Of a stretch of 64,000 nucleotides of DNA, positions 42,596-55,501 are shown piece by piece. The stretch spans positions 6,930,245-6,994,244 of the forward strand of contig NW_002060944.1 in NCBI RefSeq assembly GCF_000150275.1, in the 5' to 3' direction. The position numbers and the translations under genes are program-made. The notes beneath the pieces were generated by a model, which saw nothing but the letters and a program-made list of their open reading frames with translations, did no database searches and was not told the DNA's origin. Positions within the stretch are counted from its first letter, which is position 1, and every line of letters begins with the position of its first letter. This stretch comes from Trichoplax adhaerens. Its lineage: Eukaryota > Animalia > Placozoa.

Positions 42596-45355
42596 ATGTA
42601 CCTTAGAATCGATACCGAAAGCAAAGAAACATTAATATTATCGCGTTATCCAAGCACGAGATCATGGATGGTATCATTCTGTAAGTATAGAATAGTCTAG
42701 AATGGTTCTGCTAATGTGGAAATGCAAAATGGCGATACGTATATAATCAATATGTCTTCCCCTATTCTTCTTCTACAATACAGTACTGTATGTTATTTTT
42801 ACACGTATACTTAGCAATTGTTCTAAGATTGATCGACAGTATAGACTGTATAGTATGCCAGTAAAATAGGATAAATATCATTCTATCTCAAGCTATCATG
42901 TAATTTTATGCTAACAAAAGTCAGCACATCTCCTCTTCTATAGTACCTGTACACTGCAGAATTGATCGTAAATGCTTACCGACATCATGTTACACCAGTA
43001 AGATGGAAAATTTCATTCTCTCTTTTAGCTTTCGTATTTAGTTAATTTTATCATGAATAAACGTTTGCATATTTCCTCTCCGATATTGCTTATCACTTTA
43101 TATTAGAAACTGTCTTAAAGGTCAATCAGTTATATCACATCAGTAAAATGGGAAAACATCATTCTATCTTCTGCCTAACTAATGCAGTTTGCAAATGCTG
43201 TGTAAAAATAGCAACGCACACTTACAGTACACGAAATAGAACGTCAATGACAACATAGGTGGATATTAGAAGAATCAGTTGAAAGTAAAACACACCATAT
43301 ATATTGCTTGCGCCTTGCAATTACAGTCCACCGTAAGGCTTGTCTGCAGTATTGTAGAATGGGCTATATATGATATCAACTACCAGAGTTCCGCAAATAG
43401 GAAAATTTTGATGCTTGTTAGTTCTCGGGCGGGTTGTCAAGTAGCGTGATCCTTTTGTAAAACTCTATCTACTACATAACAGGTTGAATGCCTTACTAAT
43501 TATTCTTAATATTTCACAGTTATCGCACTATTTGGATTATTCATCAGTTACTACAGCTCAGGTTAGTCCATAATAATAGCTCCGTTAGATATTATCAATT
43601 TTTCTGTTTCATTACTAGCATTGGAATCGCTTCTTTATCGATTCCATGTAGCTGTATCATGATTAAATCGTATTATTTAACCTACTGGACTAATTTTCTA
43701 TTTACTCTATCTCAATGCTAGATGGATCATACTTGAAATTAACCTATACGATTACTTTTGTGATAATTGCACTAATGTACTTAGACTATTGGGAGGTAAG
43801 AACAGCATACTTACGCTATAAATAAGTAAAAAGAATAACGAATGTACTCAAGTATGATTTAAAGGGATAGGAGACAAACTCTTTTGAAAATGTAGTACCG
43901 TTATCCTTATCTAACAACTTTTTATTTTCGTAACGTTCGTTGTAATGTCGAAATGTACTTTACACTGTACCAAAATTCTAGTGGATAGCCTGATATTATA
44001 GTGACATAGACTTAGCTTGGCACAAAATCAATTGAGTTAGAAAATTGTATACTGGTCATTACGTATGTACGGTAGATACTACAATAGTATTTGGTTGTGT
44101 TACTTGAGGTTCTTAATAAATCTTGTCAAAACGAATTCAAAATCATGTTTTATATTTGGCCTAATTAAAACTCTTTTTCTTATTTTTATCAATTATGCGC
44201 GTATATTCAATAGCAATGCGTTTTTGATAAACATGGATGTGGAACTATCACGTTAAAGAGCCAAAGCCTAATGCAAAGATTATTTAATTTACCGTATGCT
44301 CGATATAGTAAGTATTGCCTTATATCGGTGTCATAAATTCATATAAAATCTATATGGACTAGATTTATATTCTGAAAATTCCATAATATTGATCTTTTGT
44401 GTGTTTGTCGGTTTTATGAAGGAACATACTTGATAATTCTTATGATGTACATTATCTATGATATAGTCTAATAGATTAGCTAAAATATTTAAGTACACTT
44501 AGAAACAATGTATTAAGTTTAACAAAGTATCTAAGAGTAATCAGCTTTGATACTGTCTACTTAGTAGTTCTTTGTCTTTATATAATACTTCATTTAGATT
44601 ATTAGTCTATATACACTAAAACGTATTAGTACATTCGTAGTACGTTCTTTGGCTATTTGTGAAGTTACTCTTATTATGAGTACTCTTGTTAGGATATAGT
44701 AATTAGTGTTGGATTTGATCGCCATTGCGATGTTGTAATATAAGGAGCCTTAACCGTGGAAATGGTAACGTGTAGATATATAGAAGGCTATATTTAATAT
44801 CAATCTCTTTATGTACATGTATAGTTATTGCAAATATAAGTGAAATTCAAGAAGTTACAGTCGAACACGATAATGTGCGATACTTTGGAATGAGCCATCA
44901 AGTGAGTAATTAATCATTTAAAAAATCTTATTACCGTATATCTTTTATGCTGTTCTGTTATTATGATTCTGCTGTATCTACTAGATCCGATTACTATATT
45001 AGCTTTATATAAATGTGCTCTATATAGATTGAACTAGTTATCAAAATGGCTACGAGACAATACTTTTACCACTATTACAAGAAATTTTATAGTCTTGACT
45101 TTTTGATACAGTTTCCTATATTTTTTTTCAGGTAATGTTACATTTCAGCCCGGGATATAGCTTGCCTTTAACCAATAACAGTACATTTGGAGATTGCAGG
45201 TAATGAAATATTACAGCTTAGTCATGCTATTTAATTACTGATTAATTATAGAATGAATCGATTGAATGATTTTTATTTTGACTTTCTTCTGCAGCAAACA
45301 TTATAAAATCGCTGAGAAAATATCTGAGTTTCTCCAGATAAAGTGCGAACTTTAA
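42596..45355 (+). CDS. CYBC1: Cytochrome b-245 chaperone 1 (EROS / C17orf62) homolog (multi-exon; not recovered by the ORF track)
   Basis: Exons give MYLRIDTESKETLILSRYPSTRSW / IALFGLFISYYSS / LKLTY...LDYWE / QCVFDK...TITLKSQSL / VTVEHDNVRYFG / GYSLPLTNNSTFG / KIAEKISEFL...CEL*. This is colinear with human EROS as recalled (MYLQVETRTSSRLHLKRAPGIRSW...EDWEEAIFDK...VEEEKVRYFG...GFSHPLTQ...AIAKLITSFL). Confidence 0.88.
42855..43175. repeat. About 140-bp degenerate tandem repeat x3 in CYBC1 intron 1
   Basis: cagtaa(a/g)at(a/g)g.aaa..tcattct.tct occurs near 42859, 42996 and 43141. Confidence 0.55.
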
Positions 45356-47258
45356 TTACGTTACCCTTACGATATTCTGTCATCTACTATATTTGAATTT
45401 CTTCCGTCGTCGGTCTAAATCTAACAACGGCTAAAGTAGTTACGCTTATTTATTAGTCCTACTGTAGCTTACATACTAATATGATGTGCGTACTGTACTG
45501 TAAGCCGAATATTATTTATTTCTATCGTAGCGACATGGCGACACTAATATTTAAAATTGGAGAAGCTTAATTGTATTTATGTATTTATAGATTAGACGTA
45601 TGGCTTTGAGTGTTGTCTAGCAACGTCTGAATGATAGTGTCTCTCGTTAGCATCCCGAACATATCTATGAATATAATTTACGTAAATGCTCTCGTATGGA
45701 GGGAAAGATGCCTTACTTTTATCGGTACACTTTTAAGTTGACTATACTTTATTCAATGTTACTGAGAAATAGATCGACCAGACATTTGCTCCTTATATCA
45801 TTGCTAAAGTTATAAATAAGTTTGCCGATATCAGAAAATGTCAATGTAAATTAACCCTGCTCGAAACAAGAAATTTTTTGATCGGTATTATTTACATAAG
45901 TGCATATTTTTATTAACTAAAGGCTAAGAGTCATTAATTCGAAATAGGCTTTAGAAGGCATATACCTACGATGTACATTTGTACAATGGTACCGTAATCA
46001 AAATGAATGATATACTTGCATCTTGTATCAAATATAATGTGATAGTTATTAACTGTACTGATCATATTGTTTCAAATTTTTTGACTGTAGATCAATGTAC
46101 TGTACTGTCTTCTTAACGTACAGTATATACGAGTATATATATATGTATTATAGTGTGATTCATTATCTGTGCTTACTTCCTGAAATTAATAAAGAATGTA
46201 GCTGTATTTCTAGCCATACGATGAAACGAGTACTTTAGCAAAATTTTTGAAAGACATTTTGCCACCAATGTATCCCATAATTATCATAATTTCAAAGAAT
46301 ATAATTTAGATTCTGACAAAATGAAATCATTTGCTAGCATCACAATATTGACAATACTGACTTAAATAAGTTCTTAAGGTGCTTTTGATTGCAGTATGTT
46401 TCATATACACTGTACTATATACATACAGTACACTACCGTTGCCATTCGTACGCAAAGAAAAATCATAAACAATAACGTCAGACTATTACATCAAGCTCTA
46501 ATGATTGAAATTCTTTATTACAATGAAGATGTTATATACATTGATAAGAATACAGTACAAATAATCTAATATCACACGCTGAAAAGTAATTACTGTATTT
46601 AACAAGGGTAAAACAAGGCAGTTGCATGTTATAGACCACAAAACATGAATTTGGTATTGATGTCTAGCTAAACCTTAATAAGAAATGAAGTAAATAATAC
46701 TGCACTGACAAAACAGTGAAGCGCTATATAGCACTTAAAAGTACTATATGATTGATTTATACGTAAAAGTATTTGATCAAAAGTCTATAGTTAAGAGGAA
46801 AATCTTACATATATAAATAAAACGTCAATCTGATTTATAAACTACAGTAAGCTGAGATGGATACGATACAAAAGATCATCATTTTTAGTTATTGAATGGA
46901 TTAGGGTCACAATACATTTTATAATAATGATGATTCTGCCCATAGTTATAAGTGCCAATTATTAATATTTAGGTGTTTCTTTGAATGATTATACAGCTGG
47001 GCTCACTGTGCATAATGATTAATTACTTAAACTCAAATTTTCGATAAAATCCACAGGGATCAAATTGTACATGATTTTTATATACATCCACTTCATAACG
47101 ACTGCAATTTACTCTCAATGATGCTAAAGCTACAAATGTTCCTTGGGAATTGTAGTTAAATTCAAAAATTAGCGATTGGTACTATATAAGATTGCTCCAT
47201 GATCGCGTCATAATACATGTCCAGAAAAAATCCAAATTGGTGGCTGTGTAAGACTGTA

Positions 47259-50200
47259 TTAATAGGGTGCATAGCGGTAACCCGAAGATGAATTATTATT
47301 CCTGTAATTAGCACCCTAAAAATTAAGCTGATTGTAAGTCTCCAAGCAACTACAATTTAGGAATTGAAATCAATTATTGATAAAAATCTTACATGATGGT
47401 ATGATGATGGATTATAATGATCTCCATAATTTTCATAATAATGTTGATCAGAGGCCCCGGGCCTATGTCCTCTAAAATCTCCGTAATCATTAACATCCCG
47501 ACCATATCTAAATTAGAAATTTAGGGATAAAATAAAAATATTTGTAAATCAAATTGGAGCAAGTGCAATAACTGTAAAAAATTTTACGATTCCTGCGATC
47601 TAAATATTTACAATGTAGCAACTGCACTGTGACCAGACATCTACTTACCCGTAAGACTGATAATGGGGATTATATTCGTACATATGAGATGGGTATGGTT
47701 GTTCATAAGGTGGCATCATCTACAGCAACAATTCATACGATTTATGAATATAATTAAGAAAAAGTTTAAAATAATATTTGCATTCACTTGTCTCACATTT
47801 GAATTGTATGAGGGTGGCGCACGACCATGCTGCTCTCTGTAGGAATCGTAGCCACCGCGTCCTCCTGTCCAACGTCTACCACCACCTCTGCCTGTAAATG
47901 GCAAAATTAAAGCGTTCATTTTAGTAACGCACAATCTTTGATAATTCAGGGTGTAATTTAGAAATTATCTCATTCATAGAAGTCATGTAGCATAAATAAA
48001 ATATATTTAAAACTTGACTACCTCCACGTCCACGCGGTGCATTGAAAGCTTTAGGAGTCGCATAATTTACCTGTAAATGTATTCAATTTCATAACTAAGT
48101 AAAGCGTAACCAACAAGCTAATATTATGATATCGCCATTACAGTATATATCTAAAGTATCTTACAAGTTAGTATACTACTTTTCTTTTTATGATAAATTA
48201 ACTGAGGTATCCCCATTTACGTCACTTCAAGCCTTTACCTCCAATATTCTGCCGTCCACGGATTTACCGTGTATATCCTCTTTAGCACCTTTAGCATCTT
48301 CCGGGTTGATAAATGTTACAAAACCAAATCCCTATACGGGAACAAGCAAAGTCAATAAATCACTTTGCTAATTAATACATTCAGTCATTACTTATAATGC
48401 TAACAACCATTATCGCTGGAGGCTACCTCAAGCTAGCTTTGAGTAAATCAATAATTAAGTTCTAACAAAGAATTATGATACGGTTAAGCAGCTACATGGG
48501 TATGAACGATTTGGAGGTAGATTTTCACATTTTAAATGAATAGTTATACTGTTCTATACACCGGACTACGCTCAAACTACAATTCTATCAAATGTCGCTC
48601 CCTTAAATCTAGAATAGCAAAATAGTGCACTAAAGTTCCATAAAATACTATCCGTGAAGATAACATCCTATCCATTCATTGTGCCTTTACTCACTTTCGA
48701 TCCTCTTTCATTAAAAATAATTTCTACGTCTTCAATGTTACCAAATCGCTGAAAGTGTAAATGCATCAATAATTACCATTACAGTATAGTCTGATTATCT
48801 TTAAAAATTATTCCATGAGCCATCAGTTTCTTTTAACTAGATATTGCATTAATTTTGTATCAATTGCTAATTAGATGATAACATGACTCCTGTATTATCA
48901 TTACGTCAGTTCTAGACTTTTGTGACCACTGCTAATTTAAAAGACTAAGGTGACTCCTGCACTATCACTTTGTAAATAATTTAGTTTAGATTAAATCGAT
49001 CAGTAGTTGCAAGATTAAACTCAATTCATGTTATCATTGCGTCAATTCTAGAGGAACTAGTTTAGACGCAAAATTGTGTAGTTCTGCTAAATTATCGCTA
49101 ATGCACTGAGATAATAGTTAATGCTTGCTACACTACGAAAATATCCAACTAACCTCAAACATATTTCGTAAATCTCCATCACGATATCGAAATGGAATAT
49201 TGCTAACATGTAACCTTCTGTGATTCGAGGCATCATCATCCTTTGCTGGCCATTTTCCTTGTTTGGGTGCTTGTGATTGATAAGAATCATGGGGCTTATC
49301 CCATTGCTGCTCTTGATACGTGTATCCAGCCTGATCATTGTGAGGTTCTTGATGGCTGTGATTCCAGTTTGTCTCTGTTGGTGATTTCTATTCATGAATT
49401 GGTATAATTGTACGAAGAAATCAAATAAGACATTACTGTAAGAATTGCGGATTACAATCAAAAATTAATCGAAATTAGAACAGAAAAAAATCTTGTTATG
49501 ATACTGTTGTTATAATATCTTATTAATTATGACTTTCGTATTGACATAAAAGTTAACTAGCATGTAGCAGTAAGTGCCATAATTCTAACTTTGTGATGTT
49601 GAAATAATTGAATGGAAATAAACATAGTAATTCAATATCCTTTACAGGCACCATCGTGTCCATAGGCACAGTGAAACGTAGCCATCACTTCCAATTAAAG
49701 ACAACTTGATCTATTTTTTAGTTAGATGTACCCGTATGCCATGAAAATTTTGATCCCTTTATTCGTTACGAAGGGAAATTGATAAAAACTGTGTTTCATT
49801 GCAGTACATCGTGTTATGAAATCCATTAGTTACACCATCTACATATTTTGCCGGTCGTTACATTGTACAGTGTGTATTCGTATCTATCTAACCCTCTATC
49901 GCCTCAAAGCTTACTTTATCATCATATTTTCGACAGAAATATGATAAAACAAGTATTATTCCATTTAAGGAAGACATTATAAACCCAATTACAGTTTTGT
50001 TGATTTTACCTATAACACCACGGCTAATTGATAAAGGATTCGATGATCTGTTACATTGTCACTTTATGTTATATCACACTGCAGTATCTGCAAGTGTTCA
50101 GTTAAAAGGATGGATATTTTGGCGTTGATTACAGTCAAAGATGAGCATTTCACCAAGGAAAACCTCTCTTCTCTTTATTACCAGGTACTATAGTTTGTTC

Positions 50201-52417
50201 GAAATTTACGATGATCTATACTTTCAATCAAAACTGTATTCTATCTAGTAGAAGTATCGCTAACTATAAATTACACCCCAGTTTAAGGCGTTATCAGAGT
50301 ATTAGTATAAAGAATATCGCAATTTTATCGGCAGCTTATATTCAATGAGGGTATAAATCCTCTACACATACAGAAAATGGGATTGAACAGACTATACATC
50401 TTGCTAATTATTGTAAAACTGACTACTCTATAAATCTCCCGTCCCAATGCAATTCTACATTGACCAGTCAGTATTATCTACCACGATAACGCTGTGTCAT
50501 TTTGGGGGAGTATTCTTATTCCGGTAGTAGTCTACCACTACATCATATCTCGCGTCTTCTAGTAAGTAGCAATAAGAAGTATACGTGTATGTAGATGTAA
50601 TCGAATAGATTGAATAAGTACAAGTAGTTCAAATTTCAATTTCAGATATGGCATTATTCCATGCATCTAAAAATGAGATTGACTTTCTGGAAAGATAGAT
50701 GTACTTGATGTCTCATAAACTGATCATGAAACTACATGAGAGATTCAAGAAATGTTGTAGAATTATTATATTTAAACTAGTAGTCTAGAAAAGCAAGAAT
50801 GTCAAGTTTCAAGGGTTAATGTTATCCACTAGAACTCTTGTTCTAACTGCAGGTCGATCAAGTCGTATGTTGTGTAGGAGTAAAATGCTCATCAACTGAG
50901 TTATAAAGACTTTAAGCTCATTATGGAAGTGGTGGACAAAATTTCTTCCATAACGTTATTATCATAAAAGTATAAGGTAAGAGGGTTGATCTCCTTGTCT
51001 CGCTGGATCTACATATTCTTCAATTAGTGTAATGTCATACTAAAATCATCTCAATATGGCTATACTATATAGAATTGGTTGATCCCTGCCTTACTAGTCG
51101 ACGTTGTCATTGAATAAATGTGATCGGAATGACGTTTACTTAAGTAAAATGTGCTAGGTTAGAGGGTTTATGTCTCTCTTTTCTCCTATCCTATCCAAAT
51201 CATCTGATGATCGCATAGACTCATTGATCTCGATTCTACTACGTGCATGCATTCCGTATTTTCATAGAGTAGATGGGAAGATGTACCTCGTCTTGATTTT
51301 AATGAAAACATACAAAGTTAAAGGATATCGTTATGGGTTACTCTTGATCTCCTCTTTGAACGATGTGTCTTTTTTTTTTTTACCATCTGAGTCAATGTGA
51401 TCCAGCGCTAACGTCTATCAAATCGATTACAGCAGGGAAATTATCTCAAGGTGATTACGACACGTTGATCGTTTTTGTGCTACCGGATATGTGATGCAAG
51501 ATCGATTGGTGAATAGACAGTACTGTGATGGGTATAATATTGATTTTAGCCTTGCAAAGAGGACAATATAGTCCATGATACGATTGATCATGGTGGGGTA
51601 TTTTCTATTTAGCTGTACTGAAAAGAATAAAATGATGATGATGGTAGCATCCAATGTTGAACATGGTTTTACTAGGGATAATGTGATTGAATGATTTTGC
51701 CATCGTGTTGATGGGATCTTGAAGTGGTAGCATCATCAACCAATGGAGAAGGAGAATGATGTTGAAATGTTAAGTAAAGATTACTTGTCTCCATCATGAC
51801 AATGATGGAGATTTAGCATTGAAATCAAGTTGATTAGCCTACCATGATATTGATTAATTAATAATTGTACTGTTGGAATAGAGAGACATGTCAATGATGT
51901 TATTGTGCAGTGATGACGATGATACTTGAAGTTGATTCTGATGTTGAACTGTAGAGTAAAGATTACTTGTCTCCATCATGGTGATGATGAAGATTTAGCA
52001 TGGAAATAAAGTTGATTAACCTACCATGATATGATTGATTAATGAATAATTGTAGCGTTGGATAAAGATAGAGGTCAATGATGTTATTGAGCAATGATGA
52101 CGATGATGCTTGAACTTTATTCTACTGATTGGTGTAGCTTTAGGCTAGATTGTCAACTATTCCATCAAACACAATAGTGATGGAGTGTTGGCGTTGCTTA
52201 CCGCATTGTCCGATTGTGCCCCCATTTGAGATGATTCTTCTTGATTGATTTGATCTACGTTATCGCTCCCTTCTTCAAGATTAGAAGAGGAATTGATGAC
52301 AGATACAATCTTTTTAGTCGTTAACGAATCGGGAAGGGATGCTCGTTCACTGGGTAAGTCTCCATCGAGCCCAGGGATAACTGAAATTCTGCTCTCAGCT
52401 GTTGGAACTGACGACAT
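47259..52417 (-). CDS. RBFOX: RNA-binding protein Fox-1 homolog (multi-exon)
   Basis: RRM RLHVSNIPFRYRDGDLRNMFE/RFGNIEDVEIIFNERGSK/GFGFVTF...VDGRILE/VNYAT, an RG/Y-rich tail and C-terminal RYAPY*. The proposed first exon 52417-52202 (216 nt, GCG|gtaagc) is phase-0 compatible with the exon starting about 49387; the first exon is less certain. Confidence 0.93.
51770..52125. repeat. About 180-bp direct duplication in RBFOX intron 1
   Basis: gtaaagattacttgtctccatcatg...gatttagcat.gaaat.aagttgatta.cctaccatgatat...gtcaatgatgttattg occurs at about 51774 and about 51956. Confidence 0.85.
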
Positions 52418-52789
52418 GTTGATCAGCGGATTCGTCGCGATGGATGTTGGATGTATCACGTGAAGGCGAGTTGGACAGCTCCTTTGTACAGTGGATGGAT
52501 GGATCACGTGGCCTTTCTACAGTGCCCAAGCATTCACGCGGTCTACAGTACTTTTCATTGTCTCCTTTTCTTTCCTGGCTACAGTACTGTTCTGGACACA
52601 GGTACAGTACCACTGTCCAGGAGTACTGTCGGTCCGAAGATTACAAACAGTAAAATCAGCAGACTAGATACAGTAAGTAGACATACAATATAGAATACTG
52701 TATGAAATAATGACGAATCTGAATGAAACGATGGACGGAGAGGCGACTGTAAATTCATACTACTGTACTGTCATTCCTTTCCTTTCATG

Positions 52790-54535
52790 AATACAGTTGT
52801 ATTCCCCTACTATCAACTCATTTTTTGGACCTCGATGGTGTCCGTCTGTACGTACACTATCGTCTTTCAACAATGTCATGATGGGATAACCTGTCCCATG
52901 TGTCCATTGTCCGTCCATCCATGTGCCAATCCAACTCGGAGTTTCCTTCGAGTTGTTCTGGACGCCGATTAGCTGTAGTCAGGTCTAGCTGTAGTCCTTG
53001 AGTGTACAATACAGTACGCTGTACAGTGTGTAGAATTGCTTTCAGATGAATCACTGCATATTTTGATGGCTTACTGTACAGTATTTTATTGGAAAACCCG
53101 TCAAAAACTGTGTACTGTATAGGTTATCCAGTTTTGCCTCGATTGCATCCATCTGTCCGTATACTGTCGTGTTCAATCAATGTCATGATGGGACAACCTG
53201 TCTTAGTATGTGTCCATTGTCCATCAATGTCGCAATCTAACTCGCGGTTTCCTTTGAGTTGTTCTGGACGCCCTGAGTATACAGTACACTGTACAGTGTG
53301 TAGAATTGCTTTCAGATGAATCACTGCATATTTTGATGGCTTACTGTACAGCATTTTATTGGAAAACCCGTCAAAAACTGTGTACTGTATAGGTTATCCA
53401 GTTTTGCCTCGATTGCATCCATCTGTCCGTATACTGTCGTGTTCAATCAATGTCATGATGGGACAACCTGTCTTAGTATGTGTCCATTGTCCATCAATGT
53501 CGCAATCTAACTCGCGGTTTCCTTTGAGTTGTTCTGGACGCCCTGAGTATACAGTACACTGTACAGTGTGTAGAATTGCTTTCAGATGAATCACTGCATA
53601 TTTTGATGGCTTACTGTACAGTATTTTATTGGAAAACCCGTCAAAAACTGTGTACTGTATAGGTTATCCAGTTTTGCCTCGATTGCATCCATCTGTCCGT
53701 ATACTGTCGTGTTCAATCAATGTCATGATGGGACAACCTGTCTTAGTATGTGTCCATTGTCCATCAATGTCGCAATCTAACTCGCGGTTTCCTTTGAGTT
53801 GTTCTGGACGCCCTGAGTATACAGTACACTGTACAGTGTGTAGAATTGCTTTCAGATGAATCACTGCATATTTTGATGGCTTACTGTACAGCATTTTATT
53901 GGAAAACCCGTCAAAAACTGTGTACTGTATAGGTTATCCAGTTTTGCCTCGATTGCATCCATCTGTCCGTATACTGTCGTGTTCAATCAATGTCATGATG
54001 GGACAACCTGTCTTAGTATGTGTCCATTGTCCATCAATGTCGCAATCTAACTCGCGGTTTCCTTTGAGTTGTTCTGGACGCCCTGAGTATACAGTACACT
54101 GTACAGTGTGTAGAATTTCTTTCTGATGAATCACTGCATATTTTGATGGCTTACTGTACAGTATTTCATTGGAAAACCCGTCAAAAACTGTATACTGTAC
54201 ACCATGTGTTATCCAGTTTTGCCTCGATTGCATCCATCTGTCCGTCTACTGTCGTGTTTCAAATCACTTTCAATCAATGTCATGATGGCACAACCTGTCC
54301 CATATGTCCAACTGTCCATTGTCCATCAATGGAGCAATCCAACTCGCGCTTTCCTTTGAGTTGTTCTGGACGCCGATTGGCTGTAGTCCCTGAGTGTACA
54401 GTACTGTACAGTCTACAGTCTACAGTGTGTAGAATTTCTTTCACACAGTACTGTCAATCAGTGCATATTCTTATGGCTTACTCTTGAGAAAACGCGTAAA
54501 ATAAAATTAAAATTTTATAGGTGTTATCCAGTTTA
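52790..54535. repeat. 270-bp tandem array: about 4 near-identical central units plus diverged terminal units (about 6 copies)
   Basis: Identical 76-aa pseudo-ORFs at 53089, 53359 and 53629, and a near-identical one at 53899, give an exact 270-bp period. Diverged copies lie at about 52800-53030 and about 54180-54480. Confidence 0.97.
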
Positions 54536-55069
54536 GATCGTATGATTTGTTTTTTAAAATCTGCATTAAAAATTTCTATACCCTGTACTGTACTAGACAG
54601 TACTATAAAGTACGACGTGATCCCATACTGTACATTCGATTTGACAATTTTTGCTGCAATTTGTACAAAGGGATTGCCAATGCACAGTTTGAATATGTAC
54701 GGATTGCTCTTGACTTAGCAGGTAACCTTCTATAATGACAATCAGAGACCTACCTATTGATCTTTTTGAAGCGTTTTACTATTCAAACATATCCAAGAAA
54801 ACGCATTACATACTAGTAGTACAGTACTCTACTCTACTATATTACTCTTTGAATAATCGCATGAAATTTAAGGTGCAGACTCCTAGAATAATGTATCATC
54901 GTTTAAGCTATTTACGCTGAGTATCTGAGGAATCGGGGTTATTATGGCTGGGCCTACTGTACAGTCTTGCTACAGTACAGTACTGTACTGTACTGTACTG
55001 TCACCACCTCGCCACTTTCCCTACAGTAGGCCTCGACTGCACTGGCACTCCATCAGGTGCAACATCAAC

Positions 55070-55501
55070 ATGGAAGTTGTTGCTATCAAAGAACCTCAAG
55101 ATATCATCAAATGCTTTGATGCTTATAAAGAACTTCGACCACACTTAGTAGATGCAGAATCATTTGTTAATCAAGTTATCCAACAACAGAAAGAAGGCTA
55201 TACCATAGGTGCCATTTTCGATCAAGACGATCCCAATGCAGCCGCTGCGGTCATTGGTTATCGTGATATGACCACTCTTGCATGGGGAAAATGTATTTAT
55301 ATTGATGATTTATCAACGCGTTCTGTTCATCGTCAGAAAGGCTATGGCAGTACACTACTTCAACATGTAAACAAATTAGCCAAACACCAAGGCTATGCCA
55401 TGCTTCACCTCGATACTGGATACACACGCCATGACGCTCATCGTGTCTATTTACGCAACGGCTTCCAATTTTCTTATCATCATCTTAGCTTGCAATATTA
55501 A
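55070..55501 (+). CDS. GNAT-family N-acetyltransferase of bacterial type, no intron in the CDS (143 aa from ATG 55070)
   Basis: Uninterrupted ORF with ELRPHL, LAWGKCIYIDDLST, the acetyl-CoA motif HRQKGYGSTLL and LHLDTGYTRHDAHRVYLRNGF. The ORF-track extension from 54944 runs through a pentamer repeat and is probably non-coding. ATTAAA lies at about 55586. Confidence 0.9.
   Translation: MEVVAIKEPQDIIKCFDAYKELRPHLVDAESFVNQVIQQQKEGYTIGAIFDQDDPNAAAAVIGYRDMTTLAWGKCIYIDDLSTRSVHRQKGYGSTLLQHVNKLAKHQGYAMLHLDTGYTRHDAHRVYLRNGFQFSYHHLSLQY

Noticed and set aside
49087-49461. 124-aa minus-strand ORF as a stand-alone gene
   Set aside because: It is the wrong frame of an RBFOX exon; the adjacent frame gives RLHVSNIPFRYRD.
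52157-52507. 116-aa ORF as a separate gene
   Set aside because: It contains a strong phase-0 donor at 52201 and is better explained as RBFOX exon 1.
53089-54487. Repeated 76-aa Cys-containing ORFs on both strands as a tandem gene family or CRISPR-like array
   Set aside because: They are translations of the 270-bp repeat, mostly with non-ATG starts and no recognisable domain. There are no unique spacers or cas genes, and the context is eukaryotic.
54944-55069. N-terminal extension of the GNAT ORF
   Set aside because: It crosses a (TACTG)n tract; the GNAT fold begins at ATG 55070.
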